Origin: an uncultured archaeon
GTDB taxonomy: Archaea > Asgardarchaeota > Lokiarchaeia > Sigyniarchaeales > SOKP01
Direction of reading: 5' to 3'
Length of the DNA stretch: 64,000 nt
NCBI GenBank assembly: GCA_964486045.1
Contig: CAZALK010000001.1
Location: 424,242-488,241 of the forward strand
Shown here: positions 21,255 through 31,425 of the stretch, in pieces
How positions within the stretch are numbered: the stretch's first letter is position 1
Layout: every line of letters starts with the position of its first letter
The notes under the pieces: generated by a model
Seen by the model: only the letters and a program-made list of their open reading frames with translations
The model's database searches: none
What the model was told of the DNA's origin: nothing
Translations under genes and position numbers: made by a program

Positions 21255-22045
21255 TACACTAATTTTTCCTGTATTATATCTAAGTAATCATTAGGATAAA
21301 TTTTCAATCCTTTTTGAAGACAATCGGGATATTTACGAAATTTATTTTTGATTAATTTGAAACAAATTTTATTTATTTCATCTAATTCCTCTGATCCTTC
21401 GCCGTAGCAAATATGTCTTAACCATCTTCTAACACAAAAAGCTACATTATCAGCTATTTGAATTCCCATGCTTTCCTTAGATTTTAGGAAATATATCTTT
21501 GGTACAATATTCCTTATTTTTATATAACTAGGATGTTCTTTTGAATAAATTGCTTTCTTTAATATATCTAATTTGTATTTATTCCATTCACCCTCATCAT
21601 CCATAAAAATAGTTAAAAAATCACATCGAGTTAATTCTTGAACAAACATTTGTAATCTTTCAATTAACATTAAATTAGCCCAAAATCTAGGATCTTTACC
21701 TTCTTCTAAATCCTTTTTAAACAGGGCTACAGAAATGATTGTAAGATTTAGACTTTCGATTATTTCAAGTCTTTTTTTATAGATCTCTAATCTTTGTTCA
21801 TAAGTTAATCGTTTAAATTCCTTTTTAATCTTATCTTTCTTTTTATTTTTTAATAACTCTTTGACATGGAATTCAACATCAGAATTTAATTTATATTTAA
21901 ACACTAATTGTTCCCTAAAATTAGACATTATAGTATCGATTTGTTGAAAATCCTCTTCTTTAATTAAAATTGCAGTCATTGAAAAAATCTTACTTTCATC
22001 ATTCATATGAGGAGATCCTGATTCATCTATGTATGCTAAGACCAT
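21254..22045 (-). CDS. DUF3800-family RNase H-fold protein
   Basis: N-terminal AYIDESG, EFH, C-terminal SKESMGIQIADNVA. Confidence 0.85.
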   Translation of the reverse strand: MVLAYIDESGSPHMNDESKIFSMTAILIKEEDFQQIDTIMSNFREQLVFKYKLNSDVEFHVKELLKNKKKDKIKKEFKRLTYEQRLEIYKKRLEIIESLNLTIISVALFKKDLEEGKDPRFWANLMLIERLQMFVQELTRCDFLTIFMDDEGEWNKYKLDILKKAIYSKEHPSYIKIRNIVPKIYFLKSKESMGIQIADNVAFCVRRWLRHICYGEGSEELDEINKICFKLIKNKFRKYPDCLQKGLKIYPNDYLDIIQEKLV

Positions 22046-22394
22046 TTTTTAGTTTTACTTTTATTTTATTAGAATATCTATCTCTTTGAATTAAATAATT
22101 AATAAAAATATAAATTTATAAATTTAAATGATTTCATTTTAAGAATTTATTAAATTGGTCTAATTTTTGTATACTCTTTTTATTTTCACATATTGTTTCC
22201 TTTAACTTTTACCTATGTTTAACCCTTTTCCATATAAAAATTTAGTAGGTAAAATTTCACACTTAAAAGGGCTAAATAAAACACCTTAATAAATAGTAGT
22301 ATAATTAGAATTTTACCAGAAGTAAAAAAATAAATTTCATTAATTTGAAATTACTAGAACATTATTTTACATCTTTATAATTTTTTTATTGGCG

Positions 22395-22837
22395 TAACAT
22401 CCTGACTTCTATCATTATGAGAATCCTTCCTATTTTTAAAATAGGATGGAAGAAGATAACACAGAGAAAGTGTCTAATCATTTCAATTTGAAATTGAAAT
22501 GAATTATTTATATGAGGATCCAATATTAGTTCAAATAAGATTGGATCTTTAACACAGAGAAAGTGTCTATACATAAAAGGCAAGTAAAAAAATTGCTTAA
22601 AAAAAAATTTAAAGCAATTTCAAATTAAATATAATTTAATTTCCACTCAAAACATTCACTCTATCTATATATTTAATACTATACCCTAAGAAAATGTAGC
22701 AGATGTGGTTGTTTATAATAAATAATTAATTAAATAAAAACAAATTAGGTTTAGGTAAAACCGTGTTTATAGTTTCTATAAACAAGGGTTCTTTGATTAC
22801 AATACTTCTTATATCTCCTCTTCCCATCTGGCAAATT
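22395..22837 (+). repeat. Modular non-coding block, copy 1 (modules A-B-B-C-D-E)
   Basis: Modules recur in inverted orientation at 26258..26648 and partly at 34158..34252. Confidence 0.8.
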
Positions 22838-23100
22838 GATCAGTAAAAATATGTTAGTTTACTGTTATTATTAATATATTTATTTTACTTGCGATTTGCT
22901 TGATTTTCTCGGAGTCTGAAGACGGGAAAATTTCCCTTCCAATTCTTTTTTTATGAGAATACTCTCTTTTCTCATGAGATTTGTGGGCATATTCTCTTTT
23001 TTAAGGGATAATCCCTTTTTTTAAACCTCTTCATACAATAAATCCCTTTATTTTAAGGGAATATCCCTTTTTCCTGCTAATTGGCTGAAACAAAATTAAT

Positions 23101-23208
23101 ATGGAAGGGGTTAGTTGGAAGGATATAGCATTAGGGTGGATACATAAACCTAAACCTAAACTTAAATCAAAACCAAAACCAAAATCAAAACCAAAAATCG
23201 AACAATAA
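23101..23208 (+). CDS. Small basic KP-repeat peptide (35 aa)
   Basis: Manual translation MEGVSWKDIALGWIHKPKPKLKSKPKPKSKPKIEQ*. Confidence 0.35.
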   Translation: MEGVSWKDIALGWIHKPKPKLKSKPKPKSKPKIEQ

Positions 23209-23304
23209 TAATGTTTCTTTTTTTATAAAAAAAAAAACATTATTATTGATATTTTTTTAAAAATTTAAAAAATATAAAAATAAATAAAAAAAAGGTAATA
23301 AAAT

Positions 23305-23499
23305 ATGGAAAATAAAAATATTAAGATAGAAATGATTTCAATAGATGCTATAACTATTGATACAACCCAAGCAAGAAGGGGGGCATGGGAAGATGATGAA
23401 AAAGATAAAACATTAATAAATTCAATTAAAGGAATTGGATTAATTTATGATATTATTGTTAGACCTACCGATAGTGAGAAATATAATGGAAATTTTTAG
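23305..23499 (+). pseudogene. Truncated ParB/Srx N-terminal fragment
   Basis: ISIDAI..QAR...LINSIKGIGLIYDIIVRP; stops before the GxRR motif. Confidence 0.65.
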
Positions 23500-23549
23500 A
23501 AAAATTGATAATTAACTAAAATATAAAATAAACAAAAGGAGATAAAAAA

Positions 23550-24851
23550 ATGATAGAAAATATTCCTTTAGATAAATTAGTTGAAAATGATTATAACCCT
23601 AGAAAACATTTTGATGATGCTGCTATACTTAGATTATCAGAAAGTATTAATGAAATCGGTTTAGTGCAAGCATTAACTGTTAGAAAGATAGATGGAGAAA
23701 AATACGAAATTATTTGTGGTATGAGGCGATTCAAAGCAATAAATTTAATTCTTTTGGATTCTATTCCATGTTTAATAGTTGAAGCAACAGATCAACAAGC
23801 GAAATTACTTGCTTTAACTGAAAATCTCGAGAGGCAGAATTTAAACCCGATTGAAGAAGCCAGAGCATTTGTTAATATTTTAGATTGGAATCTTTTAAAT
23901 TTGAAAGATACAAAATATCAAAAAGGTATGGAAAAAAAAATAAAAGAATTAGGAAAAAATATAGGAATGAGTTCTGTAACTATTTATAATAGACTTAATT
24001 TGTTATATCTTCCAAAAGAAGTACAAGTTATGGTAGAAAATTATAATAGAGAAGCAAGAACAGGAATATCACAAAGTGCAGCATTAGAAATTACTAAATT
24101 AAAAGAAATTTCTAATGAAAAACAGCGATTCACGCATATGATTGATTTAGCAAAAACTTTTGATGGTGATATCAATAATCTTAAAGCACGAATAAAAAAT
24201 ATTTTAGAAAATATTAAAAAAACAGAAGATGTAAAAGAAAAAAAACTAGAACAATTAAGAGAATTATACGAACAAGCTATAAATGAATTAATAATAGTTT
24301 TCAATGAATCTATTGAAAAATTATTCCCTGAAGATATTGGAGAATACGAAAGTAATACAGAAATTGAAACTGCTTTAGCAAATAGCTATTTAGAATTAAC
24401 CAAATCTAAAGAAATAACTATGAAAGAAGATATTGAAAAAGATGAGGATGAAGAAAATATCAAATTTGCAATTAGTTTTTATGAGATGATTCATGATTTT
24501 TTAGAAAAATTTAAAAAAGACACACAATGGGAAAAATTACGAGAAAAACAAATTTCAATAGAAGATAAAATGGATAGATTATCGATTCATCTTCAATATG
24601 TAAAAGAGTCCCCGACTGATATTTGTGTTTATTGTGGAGCGGGTATAAATATTAATAAAATGGTAAAACAATTAAAAGAATATAAAGAAAAATTGATAGA
24701 AATAAATAATCACAAAAAGATTATAGATAAAGAAAAAAATAAAATTTCGACATGTGCAAGAAATTTAAAGAAAAAAATTGAATTTTATATTTCTAAAAAG
24801 GAATTTTACGAAGATTTAAAAAAACAAATGGAGGATGAGATTAGTATATGA
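23550..24851 (+). CDS. parB: ParB/Spo0J family protein with C-terminal coiled coil and CxxC
   Basis: NPRK, GLVQALTVR, CGMRRFKA, ENLERQNLNPIEEA, HTH; ICVYCG between heptad-rich helices. Confidence 0.9.
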   Translation: MIENIPLDKLVENDYNPRKHFDDAAILRLSESINEIGLVQALTVRKIDGEKYEIICGMRRFKAINLILLDSIPCLIVEATDQQAKLLALTENLERQNLNPIEEARAFVNILDWNLLNLKDTKYQKGMEKKIKELGKNIGMSSVTIYNRLNLLYLPKEVQVMVENYNREARTGISQSAALEITKLKEISNEKQRFTHMIDLAKTFDGDINNLKARIKNILENIKKTEDVKEKKLEQLRELYEQAINELIIVFNESIEKLFPEDIGEYESNTEIETALANSYLELTKSKEITMKEDIEKDEDEENIKFAISFYEMIHDFLEKFKKDTQWEKLREKQISIEDKMDRLSIHLQYVKESPTDICVYCGAGININKMVKQLKEYKEKLIEINNHKKIIDKEKNKISTCARNLKKKIEFYISKKEFYEDLKKQMEDEISI

Positions 24852-25543
24852 GTGAAGAAACAGTAGAAAGACGGGAATTTATAACTTTAATGTTAGATTA
24901 TGATGTTGGATTAGAAAAATTATTAAATACAAATTTAGAGAACGAAGGAATTGCAATATCTTCTTTTAATACTCAAGGAAGTAGTATTACTAGTGCAGAT
25001 GAAATAATTCCTGAAGGAGTTTTTATTATTAGAAGAACTATAGGAAATAAGTTTTATATGACTCGACAAACCATAAAATCAAGTAGAATTAATACATTAG
25101 ATATTATGAAAGAGGACTTTCAGAGAATTAGAAATAGAGCTTTACAAAATGATCCTACATTTGCAGGCAGAATATATTTTAATTCTATTAGCTTAGTAGA
25201 TATTGGGGATGAAACACGAATCCCTAGAATGGTAGTATTTACTAAAAATATACATTTAAAAGAAGAAGCACTTAGACGATTATTAATAGGAAAAAGTCAA
25301 ATGCCATTAGATGTTTTAGGAATATATAATTGTATTATAGACCCTGTCACAGGTGAATGGATAAAATTAAGAAGTCCCATAACACCTTTTCCTCAAAGAA
25401 TCGAAGCTTTAGATGTTTTGCATTATACTCCAAATGTTTTTAATTCTGATCTAACAAAAGCACGAAGATGTACAGGAGTAATGAAAGATGATAGAATTTT
25501 CGTAGCAGACAGTTGTGAAGAAATACCAAAAGATGTAATATAA
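24848..25543 (+). CDS. Hypothetical protein translationally coupled to ParB
   Basis: ATGA overlap with the parB stop; 231 aa. Confidence 0.75.
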   Translation: MSEETVERREFITLMLDYDVGLEKLLNTNLENEGIAISSFNTQGSSITSADEIIPEGVFIIRRTIGNKFYMTRQTIKSSRINTLDIMKEDFQRIRNRALQNDPTFAGRIYFNSISLVDIGDETRIPRMVVFTKNIHLKEEALRRLLIGKSQMPLDVLGIYNCIIDPVTGEWIKLRSPITPFPQRIEALDVLHYTPNVFNSDLTKARRCTGVMKDDRIFVADSCEEIPKDVI

Positions 25544-25567
25544 CAATCGACTTTTTATAAAGAAATA

Positions 25568-25696
25568 TTACATTTCTTCTATTTCTGTTAAGAATTCTTC
25601 TGGTTCTTCCATTAATCCTTTTGCTATTTGACTTACAATCTTCTTTAAATTATATAATTCTTCTTCTATTTTATCTAATCGTTCTTCAATGGTTAT
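25568..25696 (-). CDS. Small coiled-coil ORF or gene remnant
   Basis: ITIEERLDKIEEELYNLKKIVSQIAKGLMEEPEEFLTEIEEM*, ATA start after AGGT. Confidence 0.3.
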   Translation of the reverse strand: MTIEERLDKIEEELYNLKKIVSQIAKGLMEEPEEFLTEIEEM

Positions 25697-26257
25697 TTTT
25701 AAAACCTTTTAATTTATGTAATTTTACATTATATAAATATTCTTTAAAAATTTTTTATAATTACTTAACTCTTACACCACATTTAAGAGTTTCTCAATCT
25801 AAAATAAATATTTAAAGTAATCCATTTCTCTACTATTTTTATGAAAAAAAAATTGGAAATAAAGGGCACCTTTATTTCAACAAACATTGCAATTGCAATG
25901 TTTTTAGGGATTCCCTGAAAACCACCAATTCCCTATAAACTTTTGGACCAAAAGTTTCAACAAACAAAAAAATTTTTTGTTTCGACAAACACTAATAATT
26001 AGTGTTTTAACAAACTATAGAATTTCTCAATAATTTTAAGATATAAAGTTGAATCTATAGAGTTTCTCAATAGTTTCAAAAATTCAAATTAAAACTATTA
26101 AATATTTAATAGTTATTTTGAAAAAAAATTAGGATGGAGTGAGGGTATATCGAAATTTAACCCCAAAAATATATTCGCTGTTATTGGACATTTAAAATTG
26201 GATAGTAAAGATACTGATGCACAGAGGAAAATTATATCTGATTTAAAAAGGGTTGTA

Positions 26258-26648
26258 GAGATATAAGAAGTATTGTAATCAAAGAACCCTTGTTTGCAGA
26301 AACTGCATACAAGGTTTTACCCAAACCTAATTTGTTTTTATTAGATTAAATATTTAATATAAACTACCACATTTACTACATTAATTTGCCAGATGGGAAT
26401 AAGATCTTAAAATCCATGGTTTCTTTAGTACTAAAGAAATCCAGGTTTCAGAAAACCTTGGTAACTTTAGTACTAAAGTTACTAAGGTTTTGGAACATAT
26501 ATGAAGACAATTAATTTAGACACTTTCTCTTCTATTCCTATGAAGATACCATCCTTAAAACTTCTCTATATTGTCTTTTAAAATCCTTAGTAATTTTACT
26601 AGTAAAAAGACCAATATTTTATAAATTATGATGGAAGTCAGGATGTTA
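26258..26648 (-). repeat. Modular non-coding block, copy 2 (inverted; A-B-E-C-D)
   Basis: Reverse complement matches modules of 22395..22837. Confidence 0.8.
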
Positions 26649-27162
26649 TGGAATTAAAAAAATTAATTTCGTACTTTTTAAAGAGGAAAAGAATGGATTA
26701 AAATTTTTAATCCATCCTTTTTTTTTAAGAAAAAAACGCCTTTAAAAAGTTTAAAGGCGTTCTTTGTTTTTGTGTAAATTTCGTTTTAAATTTTTTCTTA
26801 AACGAAACTTTCATCATTTCAACCATTTAATTTCAAATTAATTGGTGTTGACAGTAAAAAATATGCTATAAATTTAGGAATTGATTTTGCGAATTATGTA
26901 AATTTAAATAGTTATTTGAGATGTATATAAATTTATATACAACTTTTTTTAAAAAATATAACACCCATGGGTGGTATTTTCCATCCTAAAAATAAATAAT
27001 TAAATATCTTCCCTATTTGTTATTACTTTTATCTATATTTTATCCAATAAGATATAAAATCCTTTTCACACATTTTTTTATATATAAGCATTATTCTACT
27101 TCACCTATTATATTATAGACTGAGAGGATTATTAGTTAGGTGTGTGAAGTGTGGGATTTTTG

Positions 27163-27217
27163 GAAACTATAATAAAACTATAAGGAAACTATATAGAAAC
27201 TATATTAAAACTATAAT
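27163..27217 (+). repeat. Five tandem 11-bp iteron-like repeats (candidate origin)
   Basis: gaaactataat/aaaactataag/gaaactatata/gaaactatatt/aaaactataat, followed by an AT-rich tract next to the helicase gene. Confidence 0.65.
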
Positions 27218-27496
27218 TAATATTTCACTATTTCGCTTATTATCTTCTTATTTTAATTTAGATGATCAATAAAAAATTAATTTTATTTAAAAATTTATAT
27301 ATGATCATCAAAATAAAAAAATAATATATAATACATAAAAAATATATACATATTTATTTTTAGATCATATATATTTATATTCTCAAAAATAGTTTTAAAA
27401 ATTGATAGGTAAAATTAATTATATTAATATCTTATATATGTGAGATATTAAAAGAAGGATTATAGTTTTAATATAGTAGGTTAGAGGTGGTTGTTA

Positions 27497-29782
27497 TTAA
27501 TATTTAAAATCTCCTTCCATAGCTTTCTTTTCTTCTTCGGTTAAATCTATACTTATACCAGAATCATCACTTGATAAAAATTCTCTTTTTATAAATATTA
27601 CTGCTCTTGATTTATCTATAGTTCTATAAGTATGTTCTATCCAATGTTTATCTTTTGCTGGTAATGCTTCTCTTAACTCTCCTGCTAACCCTTGAAGACT
27701 TCTTTTCCCTTCCCCATTTAATTTTAATAAAATATTAAAATCTCCTTTATTCTCTTGCGTAAAATAATAATCTCCTTTTTTATTCATTATAAGTTTATGA
27801 TTAATGTATCTTTTATCTTTTATTCTTGAAACTCTAGTAGTTTTTGTTTCTTCTTCTTCTTTTCCTTCCTTTTTCTTTATAATAATTTCCTTTTCACTAT
27901 ATATGATTTCTTCTTCATAATCTCTCGCTCTTCTACAATAATAATAAAATATTTGTAATATTGTTTTAGTTAAATTTTCTCTTGAACTCATTAATTTATT
28001 TGTTATATTATCTTTTTCTAAAATAATATCAAATGCCTTTTCAAATAGTTTAATACCAAACATAATAATCTGAAATATTTGTATTAATCGAGGATAACTA
28101 CCTAATAATTTTATTTCATCTTTATATTCCTCTTTAATAGATTCAAGTTGTTTTTCAACATCATTATTAGTCCAATCTTTAATTATATCATAAATTAAGC
28201 TAAAAAGTTTTATTTTTTCTAAAATTCTTTCTGCTTCTAACCATTTTGGATCAAGTGATAATATATCTGATGTATTAAAGAATAAATTAATAGATTTAGA
28301 ATTATAAGCAAGGTCAACAAATTCTTTAATAATTTCATTTGTATCTATACCAAGTGGTGCAGACATAAGACTTGATTGAGCTATATGAACTCCGTCTTTC
28401 TTCATCCTGTCTCTATAAAAATCATTAGTTGCCATTTCTTTTAAAATAGATATAGTATACTCATTTACTTTTTTAACTTCTTCAAAATGAGCGGGAAAAG
28501 TAGAACTAGTTATAATACCTGTTATTCGAGACGGTGAACTAAAATCACCAGAAGAAAATGGTTTATCATATATTTTATAGAATAATGTAGTAAAGAAGTC
28601 AAGAATTGCTGATTTACCTGTTTCTCTTTCACCAATTAAATTAAGTTGAGGAAATATTTTTAATATTTTTATAAAAGCCTTCCTAAAGGGTGCAGCCATT
28701 GACCAACCAATAATGATTGCCAGATTTATTGGTTTCATTTTTGTTAATTTAATAAATTTTTTCATCCATTTTCTTATTTTTAATTTTTGAGGCTTTGTAT
28801 ATTTTGCATATATTTTTTTAGCATTTTTATATGCCATAATTTGATAATGATTTGTTAATAGTATAGCCCATCCTTTTTCTTCTTCTGTTATAGGTAAAAC
28901 ACACCCATTATCAAATCCTATTGCAAGTTTAGCTGTTCTTGGTTCAAAAATGTCATCGGCACTATTAATTACCTTTTTCATTATATCTAATCCAAATCCT
29001 CCTTTATATATATCATAATTTAAAATAGAAAGTATCTCTTTCTTGCTTTGTGTATAATGAAAACGATTATTATATTTGAATGTAAATAACATTTTATCAT
29101 TTTTTTCATCATAAACTTTATACAACATTTCTAATTTTCCATTTAGAATTTCTGTTATACTTTCACTGAGTATACCACCAATTTCAATTTTCTTTAAATG
29201 ATATATTTTTTTATCAGTTATTATAATTGAATTTCCATCATAAGGTATAGTATCTATTTCAATTCCTTCTAATGTTTCTACTGATGCTGATGATGATGGT
29301 ATTATTGCTGTTGTTCTTGGTGTTTTTAGTGTTTTTTTTATTTCTTTTTCTTTATATTTTTCTCTCTTTCTTATTCTTATCCAATCTGCTTCAAAAGTAT
29401 CACCCACATATTCAAAATAATCATCTTTTAAATCTATAACTCTTTGGATAATAAAGGTTTTAACTGTTTTTTTAAAAGATGGATTAGCCTTAAGAGTTTC
29501 TGTTATAGCTGTATCAATATCATCAAATGATTCTATTGCATCTATAAAAGATTTTATTTTTTTAATATCTACTTTTTCATCGGGATCAATTTTAAACTTT
29601 GTACTACCAATTGTTAATTTCCTTGGTTCATCAGATGCAAGCTTAACATTTTTCTTCTTAGGAGCAGGTGTAGATAGTCTTTCTTCAACTGTTTTACCTT
29701 TAGAAGATTCTCGTCTACTTTCTAAAAATTCTTTGTCTTCAGCTGTTAAACCTTTATCTTCAGTCTTTTTTTCCTCTATCAT
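27497..29782 (-). CDS. DUF927/Cch-like replicative helicase (P-loop ATPase)
   Basis: IIGWSMAAPF..FPQLNLIGERETGKS (Walker A), PAHFEEV (Walker B), R..MKKDG. Confidence 0.7.
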   Translation of the reverse strand: MIEEKKTEDKGLTAEDKEFLESRRESSKGKTVEERLSTPAPKKKNVKLASDEPRKLTIGSTKFKIDPDEKVDIKKIKSFIDAIESFDDIDTAITETLKANPSFKKTVKTFIIQRVIDLKDDYFEYVGDTFEADWIRIRKREKYKEKEIKKTLKTPRTTAIIPSSSASVETLEGIEIDTIPYDGNSIIITDKKIYHLKKIEIGGILSESITEILNGKLEMLYKVYDEKNDKMLFTFKYNNRFHYTQSKKEILSILNYDIYKGGFGLDIMKKVINSADDIFEPRTAKLAIGFDNGCVLPITEEEKGWAILLTNHYQIMAYKNAKKIYAKYTKPQKLKIRKWMKKFIKLTKMKPINLAIIIGWSMAAPFRKAFIKILKIFPQLNLIGERETGKSAILDFFTTLFYKIYDKPFSSGDFSSPSRITGIITSSTFPAHFEEVKKVNEYTISILKEMATNDFYRDRMKKDGVHIAQSSLMSAPLGIDTNEIIKEFVDLAYNSKSINLFFNTSDILSLDPKWLEAERILEKIKLFSLIYDIIKDWTNNDVEKQLESIKEEYKDEIKLLGSYPRLIQIFQIIMFGIKLFEKAFDIILEKDNITNKLMSSRENLTKTILQIFYYYCRRARDYEEEIIYSEKEIIIKKKEGKEEEETKTTRVSRIKDKRYINHKLIMNKKGDYYFTQENKGDFNILLKLNGEGKRSLQGLAGELREALPAKDKHWIEHTYRTIDKSRAVIFIKREFLSSDDSGISIDLTEEEKKAMEGDFKY

Positions 29783-29912
29783 TCTTTTTCTCTTCCTCCA
29801 ACTTTAATACATAATACTCTACAGCCCTAAGTATAAATTGGGTCATAGTCTCTAATTCATTTTTAAGTATTTCAGCCCTATCTAATATATTTTTACTAAA
29901 AAGTATATTCAT
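29760..29912 (-). CDS. Small RHH-like protein
   Basis: Manual translation MNILFSKNILDRAEILKNELETMTQFILRAVEYYVLKLEEEK...; GAGGT upstream. Confidence 0.55.
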   Translation of the reverse strand: MNILFSKNILDRAEILKNELETMTQFILRAVEYYVLKLEEEKKNDRGKKD

Positions 29913-30021
29913 TCTAATAATACCTCTTCTTCTCTATTTTATTTTCTTTAAATTTATCCCTAAAATGATTAAAAATTTTTTTAAAACAATCATAAGAACC
30001 AGAATACCTATAATCTCTTAA

Positions 30022-30432
30022 TTAGTTCATTAACTCTTGAAAAGTTCCCATATAAACTGATTCATTTATCATTATGATAAATACATTTTCATCATTTTCT
30101 CTTTTAAAACCCAAAAATTGAAATTCTCCCTCAAATATTTGATGGCTATGTCCTCTTTTCTGTGTAATTCTATAAATTCCATCTCTTCTAATTTCTATAT
30201 AATGTGGATAAAAATCTATAATTTCTAATATTTTATTTTTACATTTTTTATTATTTAATTTAGTCTGAAGATAAAATTGCTCTTTATAAGATATCAGTTT
30301 AATCATTAAACTATCTATTCCATCACATAGAACATTTCTGGAAAATATAGGTATAGAATTAGTATATTCTCCTAATTTATCAAATCCATTTATCTTTATT
30401 GATAAATTGTATTTTCCTATTTTATTTATCAT
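30022..30432 (-). CDS. Hypothetical protein
   Basis: ORF coupled by ATGA overlap to 30429..30788. Confidence 0.55.
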   Translation of the reverse strand: MINKIGKYNLSIKINGFDKLGEYTNSIPIFSRNVLCDGIDSLMIKLISYKEQFYLQTKLNNKKCKNKILEIIDFYPHYIEIRRDGIYRITQKRGHSHQIFEGEFQFLGFKRENDENVFIIMINESVYMGTFQELMN

Positions 30433-30788
30433 TTTTTCACCATATCACACAATTTATTTTCAATAAATTTGCTTAAGAGTTTCTGAATAATATCGATGCT
30501 TTTAAAAACACTTTTAATTCCAAGGCAGACCCATCTCCGTATAAAGATAACAAAAGAAGCAGTATTAGATCCTTCCTCTTGGATAATGTTTAAGCTTATA
30601 ATTAAATCAAATTTTAATTTTCTCTTAAAACATCTCTTTTTCATATATAATGAATAGTTAGATTGGATTTCCTTTTTAAATTGCTTATAGGTTTTTAAGA
30701 TATTGGTTTGATTACAAATTTCGATATTATTATAAACTTCTACTAATTGTATATCCAGAATAAATTTACTCTCCCTATTTGGAGGCAT
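30429..30788 (-). CDS. Hypothetical protein
   Basis: 119-aa ORF in a minus-strand operon. Confidence 0.55.
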   Translation of the reverse strand: MPPNRESKFILDIQLVEVYNNIEICNQTNILKTYKQFKKEIQSNYSLYMKKRCFKRKLKFDLIISLNIIQEEGSNTASFVIFIRRWVCLGIKSVFKSIDIIQKLLSKFIENKLCDMVKK

Positions 30789-30790
30789 TT

Positions 30791-30949
30791 TTATTCCTCA
30801 ATTTTTTTAGAAAATATTTTATGTCGTATAAAAGTAGAGAGAGGTACATCTCCAGCCCTTTTTTTTAATTCTTTCTTTTCATCATTGGTAAGATATACAC
30901 AACAGTAAGCATTACGTTTTTCACTTTCTAATTTTCTTGTGTTTGCCAT
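30791..30949 (-). CDS. MobC-like ribbon-helix-helix protein
   Basis: Manual translation MANTRKLESEKRNAYCCVYLTNDEKKELKKRAGDVPLSTFIRHKIFSKKIEE*. Confidence 0.65.
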   Translation of the reverse strand: MANTRKLESEKRNAYCCVYLTNDEKKELKKRAGDVPLSTFIRHKIFSKKIEE

Positions 30950-31218
30950 ATTTTAAAAATACCTATTTTTATAGTTTTTATATATATCAAATGTAATTTA
31001 ACTTAATATTTAAATGGAATTATTTTCTCTGTCAATTTATTGATTCCACTTATTTAATTAATTATTTTTTATTATGGGACTATTAGATGATTATTAAATA
31101 ATTATTAGTTCGTTATTAAGTGATTATTAAGTGAAGAAAAGATATAGAAATGATTAGGAGTTAATTTGTCTATTAAAATTAAAAAGATATGAGGATGAAG
31201 CAGCGAAACAAAAAAAAT

Positions 31219-31422
31219 TTAGATTTTATAATTCATTAACTTATTTATTATACTTATTAGATCTCTAAAAGTGTTTTTATTATCCTCTGTTAAATTATGT
31301 TGCTTTAGTTGATTCTCATAAAATTTTATAGCCGATTGTGCAACTGGCACAAAATAATTTTTATCATAGTTAGGTTGCTTCCAGGTACTCATATCCACAG
31401 GTATTTTTTCAATCTGTTCCAT
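31219..31422 (-). CDS. Hypothetical protein
   Basis: Tightly packed operon ORF. Confidence 0.55.
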   Translation of the reverse strand: MEQIEKIPVDMSTWKQPNYDKNYFVPVAQSAIKFYENQLKQHNLTEDNKNTFRDLISIINKLMNYKI

Positions 31423-31425
31423 TTT

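Noticed and set aside
22458-22569. Mini-CRISPR (two 19-bp repeats)
   Set aside because: Repeats are too short, the spacer is ~74 bp and palindromic, other copies are dispersed, and there are no cas genes.
23305-23549. Intron or frameshift joining the ParB fragment to parB
   Set aside because: The downstream gene has its own complete N-terminus and RBS; no BHB seen.
22395-26810. Integron attC array
   Set aside because: No consistent RYYYAAC...GTTRRRY ends, no ORF cassettes, and no IntI-specific insertion recognisable in the integrase.
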